Below the pieces are notes generated by a model. It had not been told where the DNA came from and ran no database searches. It saw only the letters and a program-made list of their open reading frames with translations. The translations under genes and the position numbers were made by a program. 64,000 nucleotides of DNA from Monocercomonoides exilis PA203 (lineage: Eukaryota; Protista; Preaxostyla): assembly GCA_001643675.2 (NCBI GenBank), contig LSRY02000033.1, positions 930,001 to 994,000 of the forward strand, written 5' to 3'. Of this stretch, positions 46,869 through 58,456 are shown piece by piece. Each line of letters begins with the position of its first letter. Position 1 is the stretch's first letter.

Positions 46869-49800
46869 TCACCCTCCAGAATTCCCTTCCTCCTGCACCC
46901 CCGCCTCTTCTGGCTCTCCATCCCCATCTCCGTCTCCATCCACTCCTTCTTCTCTTCTTTTCCCTTCCTTCCATCTCCTCCAAAACTTCAGAATTGTCCT
47001 CGCTGCCTCTTTCTTCTTCCTCTCTTCTTCTTTTTCCTTTTCCTCTTTTTCTTTTCTTTCTTCTTCCTCCTTTCTCTTCCTTTCCTCCTTTTCCTTTTCT
47101 TTCTCTTCCTCTTCTGCCCTTCTTCGCTCCTCTCCCTCTGCCTCTCCCTCTGCCTCTCCCTCTGCCTCTGCTTCCTCTTCTCTCCTCCTCATCTCTTCCA
47201 GCTCCTCCAGCTCTTCCCGCTCCCGCTGCGCCCTCTCTTCTGCCTCTGCTGCCCCCTCCTCCCCCATCGCTTCCGCTTCCTCTTCCTCCCTCCTCTTCCG
47301 CTCCCGCTCTTCTCTCTCTCGCTTCTCCTGCCGCAGCTCCCGCAGCTCCCTCTTCGCTGCCCACACCTCCTGCCGCTCCTTCCACACACGCACAATCACC
47401 TCCCCCGCCTCCCTGCGCCGCCCCGCCTCTGCCGCTGCCTGCTCCTCTTCTGCCCTCCTCCGCTCTGCCGCTGCCTTCTCCCGCGCTGCTGCCTCTTCCT
47501 CTCCACGCCGCGCCTCCTCCTCCCTCCTCTTTTCTTCTTCCCTCCTCTTCTCTTCTTCCCGCCGCTGCGCCTGCGCCAGCTCCCGCATCCACATGTTCCG
47601 CTCGTTCTCCCGCTCCTCCCGCTTCTTCCTCTCCTCCCTCCTCCCGGCTGACACTCGATATTCTCCATCATCATCATCACCATCATCATCCTTCTCCTTA
47701 CCCTCTTCCCCATCTGCCCCTTCCCTGTCTGCCTCTCCTTTCCCTCTCTCCGAGCGCCTCCCTCCCATCGCCCATCTCCTCCGAAGCTTCTCTGCCAGCC
47801 GCTCCTTCACCCGCGCCTCTTCCCGCTTCACCGCCTCTTTCTCCTCCTCCTCCTGCTGCTGCCCTTTCCGCCGCGTCTCCTCTATCAGCCGCACCAGCTT
47901 TTCTCGCTCTTCTCTTTCTCTGTCCCTCTCCTGATCCCTCTCCTCTTCCCTCCCCTGTTCCTTCCCTTGCTCCAATCCCTCTCTCCTTTCTCTTCTTCTT
48001 TCTTCGCTTCCACTCTGTGCATCTCTCTGCCCTTCTTCATCCACACTCCTTCCTCTTCCACAGTATCTGCCTTCTCCTTCTCTCTCTTCACCCTCTTCTT
48101 CCTCATCCTCATCCTCTTCCTCATCCTCATCCTCCTCTTCTTCCTCGTCATCCACAAATGCATGCTCTCCACTCAGCTCCTTCGACCCCGCCTCAAACAG
48201 GTTCATCAGCTCCCGCTTGATCTCGTTCAGCGAAGGCCGCTCTCCTTCCTCTGTGCTCAGGCACTGCTCAATCAGCGCATCAAACACAGACAGCCTCAGC
48301 GCTGTGCTTTCCCCTCCTCCTCTGTCTCCTTCTCCTTCTCCTCCTTCTCCACCTCCACTTCCTCCTCCTCTTCCCCCTGCCAGGATCTCTTCCATCACCC
48401 GCCGCCCATACTCCTGCCCCTTCCCCCGGTACACCTCCTTCCCTGCCCCAAACTCCGACTCCGCCTCCCAGAACGGCCGCCGCCCGCTCATCATCTCCAG
48501 CAGCAGCATCCCAACTGTGAACGAAACCGACTTCTCTGTCGCATCTGCCCTGAACCTCACCTTCTCGTTCACCTCCACAACATCTTCTCTTCCCCCTTCC
48601 TCTCCGCTCCATCCTCCAAACACCTCCGGCCCCAGCTCCCGCACCTCCCGCTCCCCTGCACATTCCATTCCTCTTTCTCCCCTCTCATTCTCCATCCTCG
48701 CCCTCTCCATCCTCTCCCTCTCCATCCTCGCCCTCCTCTCTGACTCTGCCCGCGCCCTCTGCTCCCTCTTCCTCCTCCCTTCCCCACAGTCCTCCCGCGT
48801 AAACAGCTCCGGCGCCTTGTACCGCAGCGCCCGCTCCTCCGACCGCCGCGCCTCTCCTCGCCGCTTGCTCCCATACCGCTTCACCACCACATCCTCCCCG
48901 CTCACCATCACTGCCCACGGGCTCAGGTTCATCAGCAGCATCCCCGACTCCCCGCTCCGCAGGATGTGCTGGCACCCGTTCACCACCCAGAACACAACCT
49001 TCGCTGCACAGCGCGCCCGCTCCTCAGCACTGCCCCCGCCAAACCCTCTCCGCAGCTCCTCCCACAGCCCTCCCTCCTCTCCTGCCCCTTCCTCTCCTCC
49101 CCCTGACTCCTCCTCCTCCCAGTGCAGCAGCCGCGCCAGCGTCCGCCCTTCATCCACAATCACCCCTCCAAACGGGCTCTCGCACCTGATGCACGGGATC
49201 TTCTTCCTCCTCCCCAGCCACACACTTCCCCTCCTCTCCTCCCTCATCCCTGTTCCCATTCCACTCTCTCCTCTCCTCCCCTCTCCCTCTCCCTCTCTTT
49301 CTTCCCTCTCTTCTGCCCTTTCATCCCCTCCCTCTTCCCTTCCTCCATCCCTTCCTTCATTCTCATTGCTTTCATTGCTTTCCTCCCCTTCTCTTCCTCC
49401 TCCCTCATGTTCCTCTTGTCCTTCTTGTCCCTCATTTCCCTCATTTCCTTCATTTCCCTCCTGTCCATCATGCCCCTCTCCTCTTTCCTCTCCTCTTTCC
49501 TCTCCTCTTTCTTCTCCAGCACTTCCTTCAGCACCTTCAGCATTTCCACTCTCCGCTTTGCTCTTCCGCGCTGCCTCTGCCATCTCCTTGTCCTGCGCCA
49601 GCGCACTCAGCAGCACCCCCACCTCCACATCCTCTTCCCCCACCTCTGCCCCGTCTGCCCCGTACCGCCTCACCCGCTCAAACGCTGCCGACTGCATCTC
49701 CCGGTTCTGCCCCAGCACCTTCGACCCCGACTCCACCAGCCGCCGCTCCCGCTCCTTCCCCTGCCGCCGCTGCCGCACACAGCACCCCACAATCACCACC

Positions 49801-52800
49801 ACCACCACCACCCCCACTGCACTCATCCCCATAAACAGGATGATCGGCCACCCATACCGCTCATACAGGCTCTGCCTCCTCCCTGCCCCTGCCCCTTTCC
49901 CCTTCAGCACAATCGCTGCTGTCGCATAGAACTTTCCGCCTTCCCCTGCCTCCTCTCCTGCCCTCCCCTCTCCCCCTTCCCCGCCTCCCCGCTCCTCCAC
50001 AGCCAGCTCCTCGCTCGAATACACCACCCGCGCCAGCACCTCCTCCTCTGCCCCGCTCTCCTCAATCACCTCCCGCCCGATCCTCCCGTACCCCCGCCGC
50101 TCCGTGTTCTGCCCTGTGCTCTCAAACCGGTATGTCCTCACCCGCTCGCCCCCGTCTGCCCCCCGCACAATTATCTGGAAGTACAGCCCGCACTGCACCA
50201 GCTCCCGCCCCACAAACTCCAGCCGCGCCTGCCCCCCGCTGCTTGTCCAGCTGACGTTCGTCAGCACCGGCCGGAAGTACACCCCGCCTGCCCCTCCACT
50301 CGCCCCCTCCACCACACACCCCTCCTCCATGATCCACCACGACCTGCTCTCCCCCGCCCGCTCCCCGTTCCGGATGCCCCGCACCTCCACCACCCCGCCC
50401 CCGCTGCACACCATGTTCCGCCGCACCGACGGATACCCCTCGATCAGCGGGTTGTTGTCCCCAAACTCCACCCCGTCCACCACCACCACGCCCCCGCGCT
50501 GCCCGATCCCGCCCTTCGACGAGTTCACCACGCTCGTGTTCCACACCCGGCACTCGCACTCCTCCACAAGCACCAGCTGCGACTCCATCCGGCACAGCCC
50601 GCTCCTGCTCCCTGCGCCAAACACCCCGCTCACTGCTGTGCCCCCCACCTCCACCCGCGCCCTCCGCCCTCGAATCACCTCCGGGTCGCTCTGCCTCTGC
50701 CCTTCCCCCCTCACCACACACTCCTCAACCACCAGCACACACTCCCCGCTCCTCCCCATTCCCCCACTCCCATCCGCAAGTATCAGCGGGCACCCCACCA
50801 GCTGCGATGACTCCTCTCCTCCTCCTCCACCAGAACACCACAGCTCGCACTTCACCAGTGCCAGCTGCCCGTCTGTCCCGATGATCGCCGGGTGGCCTGC
50901 CCCGCCTCCCCTCAAAGCCCTCACCTCAATCCCCACCTCCTCAAACCTCACCTCCCCGTGCGCCATGATCAGCGGCAGCGCCTCGTCCACCCCGTTTGCC
51001 CTCCCATTTCCTTCTTCTCCCTCCTCCTCCTCCTCCTCCCCAGCCTCTCCAATCTCAATCCCAATCTCTGCCCTGCTCCCCTCGCCCCACCGCTGCACCC
51101 CCACATCCTCCAGCACCGCCTGCCCCCGCAGCTCCACCCTCCCCACCACATGCAGCATCTTCCCGGCCTCGTTGTCCAGATGCTCCGCTGCCACCGCCAG
51201 CGTCCCGCACGGCGCCCCCTCCGTCCCGCACATCCGCTGCTCTGTCCTGCCCCCCGCCGTCGACGATGCAAACACCTCCCTCCCCCGCCGGAACCGGATC
51301 ACCTCAAACAGATCCACCCCGTCTCCCGCCCCGCACCCCACCAGCCCGTCGCACCCCCGGATCTCGTACCCGCTCGCCCCCTCAAACTGCTCCCTCGTCA
51401 GCGTGAATGCCGAGTAGTGCACCTGCCGCTCCATGTTCAGGCACTCCACAAACACATCCCTTCCCGCCGCCCCCGAGTTCCCCGCAAAGCTCAGCCGGTG
51501 CAGCCCCAGCCCCAGCTCCTCGTGCCCTGCCCCGCTCCCGATCCGCACATACACCGCCCCGCCCCGCTCCCCTGCCCCGCACCACACCATCCTCACATCC
51601 TCCACCGAAACCCTGCTCCCCGCCCCAATCTCCACAAAGCATCCGCCCCCGTTCTGTGTTGTCTGGCAGCTCTGCACCGTCCCGTTCGCTATCCTGTACC
51701 CAGCACCCTGCGCCCCCTCGCTCACAACACTCCCGTTCAGCTCTGTCCGAACATTCGTGAAGTTGCACCCCCGCACCTCAAACATCCCCCACCCTTCGTT
51801 CCTCCTTCCCTTCCCTCTCTTCCCCCCTTTCACCCCATTTAACAATTCTTCCACAAATGCTTCCTCCTCCTCCTCCTCCCGAAACACAAACATCTCAACA
51901 CCAAAGCTCACCCCCGACACTGTGCACCCCACAACCTCCCCCACACCCCCGACTATCTCCAGCAGGCTGAACTGCACTGCCCCTGCCCCTGCCCCCGTGA
52001 AGTCGAACTGCGACTCCTCCACCGCCACCGACCCTGCTGCTGTGTATGTCCCCACCAGCACTCTCTGCCCGCCCGCAAACTCCCGCGGCACCACAAACCG
52101 CACCCGCAAAAACGACAGCGCCCCCTCGTTCGTCAGCACCGCCCGCTCTGTGCTCCCAGCCACGCTCCCCGCCAGCGTCACATTCGCCGCCGTGTCTCCG
52201 CTCGACTCAATCGCAAACCCTGACACATCGCACCCCCTCGCCACCTCCACCCCCCGCACCACACGCATCGTCCGCCGCCCGCCCTCTGCTGCCGAGTTGG
52301 CCACCCCCTGCTCAAACGTCGCACACGGCGCCCCTGCGCTCCCGCACCCCGGATACCCCCTCCCCTTTGTCTCTGACACATGCACCACCCCATACTGCAG
52401 CCCCATCAGATACACCAGCAGGTTCACCACCACCCCTGCGCCTGCCCCGCCCCCCGTTTCATCCCCGCAGAACGCCTCCTCGTCTCCCTTCCACGCCTCC
52501 CACCCAAACCCCATCTGCTCCTCCCTCACCACATCCTCCAGCCGACCTGCCCGCACATAAATGTTCTTCCCCCACCGCGCCTCGTTCTTGCTGAACCCCA
52601 TCGCCCCAACCTCCACGCTTGCACTCCTCGACCCGCACTCCACATACAAAAACCCGCCCCGCCCGCTGTACTCCGAGCACACACACCCCACCGCTGCTGC
52701 TGCTGCACCGCTTGCTCCGCTGTTCAGCTTCAGCGACCCCGCTGCCCCAACATCCACCGCCAGCGCCCCGCCTTCCCCGCTCTCCGGCGCTCCGATGTTC

Positions 52801-55800
52801 GACACATTCACCCCCACAAACTCGCACACCATCCCCGCCACCTCCATCGCCGCCTCCTTAAACACGCTCCCCACATACTCCGACCCGATGCTCGTGTTCC
52901 TCACCCGCAGCTCCCCGCCTGTGCCCCGCACCAGCTGGAACTCCGCTGCCCCGCCTGCCTCTGCTTCCCCCGCTGCCTCCCCTCGACTCCTGCACACCAC
53001 CCGCCCGTCCTCCACCTCCAGCACCCCGCCCACCACCAGAAACAGCACCCTCTGCCCCAGCTCCAGCACCCGCGGATACTCCACCCCGACACACGAAAGC
53101 TTCCCTTCCTCTGCGTTCGTGAACACTGCCCCTGCGCTGCTGCTCCGCCTCAGCACAGCACTCCCCACCACCAGCCGCGCCTGCACCCCTTCCTCTGCAC
53201 CCTCAATCACCCGATACCCCAGATACACCTCCCGCCCCACCATCCCTGTCCCGTTCACCCGCAGCCTCGGCAGCTCCTCCGACGCATCCCACGCCCTCAC
53301 CCGCCGCCACCCGTAGTCAAACGTCCGGCACGCCTGCGCCCTGCCCCCGCACTCTGCCGTGTCTGCCCCTGTCTCCCCCGACACCACCACCTCGTGCGTC
53401 TGGCTCCCCAGCACTGTGTCCAGCAGCGTCTCCAGCAGCCCCTCGCCCCCAAACTCCACCCCGTAGAACGTGCTGCTCCCTCCTGCCGAGAACAGGAAGA
53501 TGTCGCACTCAAACCCCCGCACCACATCCGCGTCTGCCATCTCCCCGCAGCTCACCCGCACAAAGCACTCGCTCAGTGTGCTCGCCAGCGGAGTGAACGT
53601 CGGGTGCACAAACAGGAACTCTGCCCCTGCCCCGCACTCCACATACGCCAGCCGCCCAGCTCCCCGCTCCCCAACCTCTGAGCACTCCACCACCGTCCCG
53701 TTCAGCACAAACCGGTGCTCCCCCGCCACCCCCACCAGCATCGCCCCGCCTTTCGCTGAGCTCGCCGACAGGCACTCCCGCACTGCACCCCCCACCACCT
53801 GCACTCCCATCATGCACCCCTCCTCAAAGCTCACCAGGCACGGCACCCCTGCCCCTCCCTTCACCTCCTCCGCCTCGCACTCCTCCAGCCGCAGCCCCTC
53901 CTGCACCACTCCGCGCTCTGTCTCCGTCGTGTTCTTCCGCACCCGCCACACGCTCCCCTCCCCAACAGCCAGCCCTTCCACCCGCGTCTCCACAAACACC
54001 CCGCCTCCAATCGACGTCTCCAGCTCAAACACACTCCCCACATACCTCGTCACCCCGCTCCCCCGCACCACACACCGCTCCATCCCAAACAGCCCCCGCA
54101 CCCCTCGCCCCAGCACATACCCGATCACCCCCGCCCCGCCATGCGCCTCAAACACACAGTCTCTGAACTCTGCCCGCTCCCCATGCGTCTCAATCAGCAC
54201 CCCGTCTGGAGGCTCCACCTCCGAATACAGCACAAACCGGATCTCCCTCACCCCCAGCACACCCCCGTTCCCGATCCCCTGCACCTCTCCGCCTGCCCCA
54301 CCCAGCACCGCAAACGACACCACCCCAGGCTCTGTGCTCCCCTCTTCCTCACCCACCCACCGCTCCACCTCCATCCCGCTCAGATCCCCAACACCCCCCA
54401 TCACACACTCCCCCTTCACCACCAATCGCTTCTCCCTGCTCCCCTCCGCAAACCGCCCACGCCCCACTGCCAGCCGCTCGCACGGCACCTCCTCTGTCCC
54501 GCACTCCACTGCCGAGTCGAACCCGCACTTCGGCTGTTGCCCTCCTCCTCCACCACCAGCCAGCGCATAGTGCACATACACCACCCCTTCATGCTTCACC
54601 CCCGTCAGCAGCCACACCAGGTCCACATCCTGACACTCTGCATCTGTCCCGCACAGCGAGTTTCTCGTGTCTGCAATCCCCCGCCGGAACGCAAACGCCT
54701 CTTCCGTCACCACGTCCCGCAGCACCGGGCACACCACAAACACATCCCGCCCATGCGTCGCCTCGTTCCCCACAAACTGCAGCTCCCGCAGCACAAACCC
54801 CCCGCTCTCGCTCACCCGCACATGCACCCCGCCGCCTCGCCCCTCCGCTGCCCCCGACCCTGCTGCCCCTGCTGCTGCCCGGCACGACGACAGCGTGCAC
54901 CGCCACAGCTCAGCCGCCTCCGTCGCCCCCTCCGACCACACCCCCACCCCGCCCCCAGCCATCGACCCCGCTGCACTGCACAGCGCAAATGTGCAGTCTG
55001 CACACACCACCCCAAACGCCCCGCCCTCCCCATCCAGCACACAGCCCCCGCTCCCTCCGCTCCGGCTGATGTTCACGAAAGAGCACGACTCCAGCCGCAC
55101 CCCCTGCGCTCCTCCCGCCCCCACAGACACCACTGCCCCCGACACCAGCGCTGCATCCCGCACAGCCACCCCCACCAGCACCAGCTTCCCTGCCCCGCTC
55201 ACCCCAAACACCACACCCCCACCCCCTGCCCCCACCACCTCCACCTTCCGCACCTCCGCGCTCCCGCTCCCCTCCACCCCCACCACCCCCGTCTCCCGCT
55301 CTGCCCCTGCCTGCTCAATCCCCACCCCGCTCACACGCACCCTCCCTCCTCCCACACGCACCACCCACGCTCCCTCCCTCATCACCCGCGTCCACATCCG
55401 CGTCACTGCTGCCCCTGCCCCGCTCACATCCACCGCCTTCTCTCCAAAATCCACCCCTTCCCACTCCTTCTTCTCATCCACAGACACAATCACCATTTCT
55501 CGTGCAACTGCCTCTTCCTCTTCATCCCTCATCCTGCCTCTGCCTCTGCCACTGCCGCTGCCACCCCCGCCTTCTCCCCCGCTCTCCTCATCCACACACC
55601 CCTCGCTCCCTTCCTCCCCACCCCAGCAGTACAGCTGCCCCCGCGCCTTCCCCATCGTCTCGCACCCGTGCTCCTCGTCCCACCCGCAAAACCCCACCTC
55701 GTCGCTCCCGCTCCTGCTCACATACACCCTGTCCATCGTCGTCCGCATCCACTCCAGCCCAACATCCCTCTCCTCTCCTCCCCCTTCTCCCCTCGTGTCC

Positions 55801-57791
55801 AACAGGTGCCGAGCAAACACCCGCCGACCCCATGCGCTCCTCCTCCCCTCTCCAGATTGCCGCGCCTTTCTCATCGGACACCCACTGACTGAAGGAGGCG
55901 ATGTCGATGAGTTCTGTGAAATGCTTGATTTCGCCATCGATGATGATGATGATGGCAAAGAAGAAATAGAAGAAGAAGAAGAAGATGATGATGATGAGTC
56001 GAATGAGTGAAGTGTTTCGTGAAGTGTGCTTTGTGAAATGGCGTTGTCAGAAGATTTCTGCTCATCTTTTGTTGATGATGACGATGATGATGATACTGCC
56101 TCAATCACAGTTGCCTCCTCTTTCGTTGCAGAGAAGCACCCCACAAACGCGTGTCTGTCTGTCAGCGACACAACGTCCAGATACACATCCAGCCCCAGCC
56201 TCTCCTCCACTGCGGCTGCCCGGCACTTGTTGTCTGAGAACAGCGAGTGCCCCACAATCGCCTCTCCATGCTCATTCCCTTGCCTTCCTCTCCTTTCCCC
56301 GTTTTGGGAGTTTGCCTGTGCCTCTGCTCCACCCCCATCCACAGGCGTCTGCACACAAACATGCATCCCCCCGCCCTCCGACTGCGCCCAGCACCCCATC
56401 AACCAGCACTCCCGCATCACCACCCACACCTCCTCGCCACACACCCCGCCTCCCTTCGCCTCCTCCACCCCGCACCCCTCAAACTCGCACCCCTCAATCT
56501 CCACCACCACCACTGCCTCTCCTGCCCCTTTCTCCCTGTCTGCCAGCGCCACCCCGCCTCCTCCCCTCAGCCCTCTGCACCCGCTGAACCGGCACCTCCT
56601 CACCTCGCACCCGCTCACACACTCCACCGACACTCCTCCCCCGCTCCCAGCTGACGAGCTGCAGTTCACAAACACACTCTCGCTCAGCTTGCACTGCAGC
56701 CAACTCGCTCCTCCTCCCTCGTTCCTCCCTCTGCCCCAGCCCTGCCGCCTGCCCCGCAGCAGAATCGCCCCGCCGTTCAGCAGCGCCCGCGCCCCGTAGA
56801 ACCCGCACTCCTCCACCTCCACCGTGAGCGGCGCCTGCGTGTTCGCTGCGTAGATCGCTCCTCCCTCAATCGCCTCTCCCAGCTCCCGCCACTCGCACCC
56901 CACAAACCGGCACCGCGGATAGTGCGTGCTGATGTCCTTCCGCCTGCCCCACCCGACATGGCTCTCTTCGCACCCTGCCTTCCGCCAGCACCCCGTGTGT
57001 GTTGTGTTCCCCTCCTCCACCGAGTCTCCCAAGGCCATCGACCCCACAATCCCCCCATACAGCTCGTCCTCAACCCTCCGAAACACACAGCTCGCCACAA
57101 CACTCCTCCCAAACACCCCTCCCCCAACCCCCTTCGCCCCTGCCTCTCTGCTGATGTTCACAAACTCGCATCCCCACCCCCACACCTCCTCCCCCTGCAG
57201 CAGCGGCCCTGCCGCCACTCCAAACGAGCAAAGCCTCGTTTCTGAAATCTTCACACTCACCCCGCCGGCTGCACCTAACCCTGTTCCAGCCCCTTCAACT
57301 GCCTCCACCAGAGGCGCCACATGCATCCCCTTCCAGTGCCCACCGATCGTCACATTCCCAAACTCAGCCACCCCCCCTCTGCTCTCAAACGCACTCCTTT
57401 TCTCAACATCGCGCCCCTCCACCATGCACCCCCACGCCTCCAGCACACCCTCCTCCACACAAAATATCTTGCTTGCCTCCCGCGCCCGAGCAAGCTGCAC
57501 CCCCACCACCCTCACCGTGCTGTTCCGCAAAAACCCGCTCATCATTATTTCTGTCCCTTCCGCCACACGAAGGTGGCCTCTTGGCTCTTTTCCAGAGCTT
57601 GCGTTTCCATGCAAAGGTGTCTCCGTTCCTCTGCTTTTGCGTGCCTGTTCTTCTCTCGGGGCCTCAGAATCAAACGATTTGACAAAATTGCTTTTCCCTG
57701 GCCCTGTGCCCCTTTTCCACGCGTCAGCACCAGAACCCTGCGCAATGCAGAGCACTGCCATTGCTATCGCCACAACATGCCGAATCGCCAT
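46869..57791 (-). CDS. Giant (~3640 aa) receptor-like pseudokinase, copy 2
   Basis: Same architecture as 16572-27482. Differs by scattered substitutions and in-frame indels in low-complexity tracts, and the ORF is intact. Confidence 0.85.
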   Translation of the reverse strand: MAIRHVVAIAMAVLCIAQGSGADAWKRGTGPGKSNFVKSFDSEAPREEQARKSRGTETPLHGNASSGKEPRGHLRVAEGTEIMMSGFLRNSTVRVVGVQLARAREASKIFCVEEGVLEAWGCMVEGRDVEKRSAFESRGGVAEFGNVTIGGHWKGMHVAPLVEAVEGAGTGLGAAGGVSVKISETRLCSFGVAAGPLLQGEEVWGWGCEFVNISREAGAKGVGGGVFGRSVVASCVFRRVEDELYGGIVGSMALGDSVEEGNTTHTGCWRKAGCEESHVGWGRRKDISTHYPRCRFVGCEWRELGEAIEGGAIYAANTQAPLTVEVEECGFYGARALLNGGAILLRGRRQGWGRGRNEGGGASWLQCKLSESVFVNCSSSAGSGGGVSVECVSGCEVRRCRFSGCRGLRGGGGVALADREKGAGEAVVVVEIEGCEFEGCGVEEAKGGGVCGEEVWVVMRECWLMGCWAQSEGGGMHVCVQTPVDGGGAEAQANSQNGERRGRQGNEHGEAIVGHSLFSDNKCRAAAVEERLGLDVYLDVVSLTDRHAFVGCFSATKEEATVIEAVSSSSSSSTKDEQKSSDNAISQSTLHETLHSFDSSSSSSSSSSISSLPSSSSSMAKSSISQNSSTSPPSVSGCPMRKARQSGEGRRSAWGRRVFARHLLDTRGEGGGEERDVGLEWMRTTMDRVYVSRSGSDEVGFCGWDEEHGCETMGKARGQLYCWGGEEGSEGCVDEESGGEGGGGSGSGRGRGRMRDEEEEAVAREMVIVSVDEKKEWEGVDFGEKAVDVSGAGAAVTRMWTRVMREGAWVVRVGGGRVRVSGVGIEQAGAERETGVVGVEGSGSAEVRKVEVVGAGGGGVVFGVSGAGKLVLVGVAVRDAALVSGAVVSVGAGGAQGVRLESCSFVNISRSGGSGGCVLDGEGGAFGVVCADCTFALCSAAGSMAGGGVGVWSEGATEAAELWRCTLSSCRAAAGAAGSGAAEGRGGGVHVRVSESGGFVLRELQFVGNEATHGRDVFVVCPVLRDVVTEEAFAFRRGIADTRNSLCGTDAECQDVDLVWLLTGVKHEGVVYVHYALAGGGGGGQQPKCGFDSAVECGTEEVPCERLAVGRGRFAEGSREKRLVVKGECVMGGVGDLSGMEVERWVGEEEGSTEPGVVSFAVLGGAGGEVQGIGNGGVLGVREIRFVLYSEVEPPDGVLIETHGERAEFRDCVFEAHGGAGVIGYVLGRGVRGLFGMERCVVRGSGVTRYVGSVFELETSIGGGVFVETRVEGLAVGEGSVWRVRKNTTETERGVVQEGLRLEECEAEEVKGGAGVPCLVSFEEGCMMGVQVVGGAVRECLSASSAKGGAMLVGVAGEHRFVLNGTVVECSEVGERGAGRLAYVECGAGAEFLFVHPTFTPLASTLSECFVRVSCGEMADADVVRGFECDIFLFSAGGSSTFYGVEFGGEGLLETLLDTVLGSQTHEVVVSGETGADTAECGGRAQACRTFDYGWRRVRAWDASEELPRLRVNGTGMVGREVYLGYRVIEGAEEGVQARLVVGSAVLRRSSSAGAVFTNAEEGKLSCVGVEYPRVLELGQRVLFLVVGGVLEVEDGRVVCRSRGEAAGEAEAGGAAEFQLVRGTGGELRVRNTSIGSEYVGSVFKEAAMEVAGMVCEFVGVNVSNIGAPESGEGGALAVDVGAAGSLKLNSGASGAAAAAVGCVCSEYSGRGGFLYVECGSRSASVEVGAMGFSKNEARWGKNIYVRAGRLEDVVREEQMGFGWEAWKGDEEAFCGDETGGGAGAGVVVNLLVYLMGLQYGVVHVSETKGRGYPGCGSAGAPCATFEQGVANSAAEGGRRTMRVVRGVEVARGCDVSGFAIESSGDTAANVTLAGSVAGSTERAVLTNEGALSFLRVRFVVPREFAGGQRVLVGTYTAAGSVAVEESQFDFTGAGAGAVQFSLLEIVGGVGEVVGCTVSGVSFGVEMFVFREEEEEEAFVEELLNGVKGGKRGKGRRNEGWGMFEVRGCNFTNVRTELNGSVVSEGAQGAGYRIANGTVQSCQTTQNGGGCFVEIGAGSRVSVEDVRMVWCGAGERGGAVYVRIGSGAGHEELGLGLHRLSFAGNSGAAGRDVFVECLNMERQVHYSAFTLTREQFEGASGYEIRGCDGLVGCGAGDGVDLFEVIRFRRGREVFASSTAGGRTEQRMCGTEGAPCGTLAVAAEHLDNEAGKMLHVVGRVELRGQAVLEDVGVQRWGEGSRAEIGIEIGEAGEEEEEEGEEGNGRANGVDEALPLIMAHGEVRFEEVGIEVRALRGGGAGHPAIIGTDGQLALVKCELWCSGGGGGEESSQLVGCPLILADGSGGMGRSGECVLVVEECVVRGEGQRQSDPEVIRGRRARVEVGGTAVSGVFGAGSRSGLCRMESQLVLVEECECRVWNTSVVNSSKGGIGQRGGVVVVDGVEFGDNNPLIEGYPSVRRNMVCSGGGVVEVRGIRNGERAGESRSWWIMEEGCVVEGASGGAGGVYFRPVLTNVSWTSSGGQARLEFVGRELVQCGLYFQIIVRGADGGERVRTYRFESTGQNTERRGYGRIGREVIEESGAEEEVLARVVYSSEELAVEERGGGEGGEGRAGEEAGEGGKFYATAAIVLKGKGAGAGRRQSLYERYGWPIILFMGMSAVGVVVVVVIVGCCVRQRRQGKERERRLVESGSKVLGQNREMQSAAFERVRRYGADGAEVGEEDVEVGVLLSALAQDKEMAEAARKSKAESGNAEGAEGSAGEERGEERGEERGEGHDGQEGNEGNEGNEGQEGQEEHEGGGREGEESNESNENEGRDGGREEGGDERAEEREEREGEGEGRRGESGMGTGMREERRGSVWLGRRKKIPCIRCESPFGGVIVDEGRTLARLLHWEEEESGGGEEGAGEEGGLWEELRRGFGGGSAEERARCAAKVVFWVVNGCQHILRSGESGMLLMNLSPWAVMVSGEDVVVKRYGSKRRGEARRSEERALRYKAPELFTREDCGEGRRKREQRARAESERRARMERERMERARMENERGERGMECAGEREVRELGPEVFGGWSGEEGGREDVVEVNEKVRFRADATEKSVSFTVGMLLLEMMSGRRPFWEAESEFGAGKEVYRGKGQEYGRRVMEEILAGGRGGGSGGGEGGEGEGDRGGGESTALRLSVFDALIEQCLSTEEGERPSLNEIKRELMNLFEAGSKELSGEHAFVDDEEEEEDEDEEEDEDEEEEGEEREGEGRYCGRGRSVDEEGQRDAQSGSEERRRERREGLEQGKEQGREEERDQERDREREEREKLVRLIEETRRKGQQQEEEEKEAVKREEARVKERLAEKLRRRWAMGGRRSERGKGEADREGADGEEGKEKDDDGDDDDGEYRVSAGRREERKKREERENERNMWMRELAQAQRREEEKRREEEKRREEEARRGEEEAAAREKAAAERRRAEEEQAAAEAGRRREAGEVIVRVWKERQEVWAAKRELRELRQEKREREERERKRREEEEAEAMGEEGAAEAEERAQREREELEELEEMRRREEEAEAEGEAEGEAEGEERRRAEEEEKEKEKEERKRKEEEERKEKEEKEKEEERKKKEAARTILKFWRRWKEGKRREEGVDGDGDGDGEPEEAGVQEEGNSGG

Positions 57792-58456
57792 CGGCTGCCA
57801 GCTCGCAGAAAAATTAAACAAGGATTGGCAATAAAAAAATAATGCTTTGTGTTTTGAAAACAACATTGGGCAGGCTCGATCATTGATGGAAAACAAACTG
57901 TTTTGCGGGGCAGCAGAAGATTGCGGATGACTGAATGTCTTTCTGCTCTTTCTGCTCATTCTGCTCTGCTGCCTTTTTGTTTGGCTGTGCAATGAACCAA
58001 GCGCTGCAGCTGGTGGCGCTGGCGAAACTCTGCTGTTTCGTGTGTTCTGTGCTGTGGACTGCAGCACATTTCATGCCCTGATTATTTCCTGATGAAATCA
58101 TTTCAATTCTATTTTTCGTTGCCTTCGTGTGGAAACACGGAGGAAAATCACGAAACAATGTTTGCGATTCGCTTTTGGATTTCAAACGAGCATTCTGCCC
58201 TTTTTCTTTTTCAAAACTTTTTTACCCCCCGAGCACAAAAAAGACACAAACAAGCAAATGAAAGCTGACAGAAAAATATATTCTCAAAATAATCTTTGTC
58301 TTTGATGTGCTGAAATGACTAAAAACAATCAGATGACCGCTTGCCTTTCCTTTCCGCTCCGCCCCAGCTCTTCCGATTCTTCTTGCTCTTCCGGTTATTC
58401 CAGTTCTTCAGGCCCTTCTCCAAGGGCATTGCGCAGCATTGTTCAGCTCAGGGTGT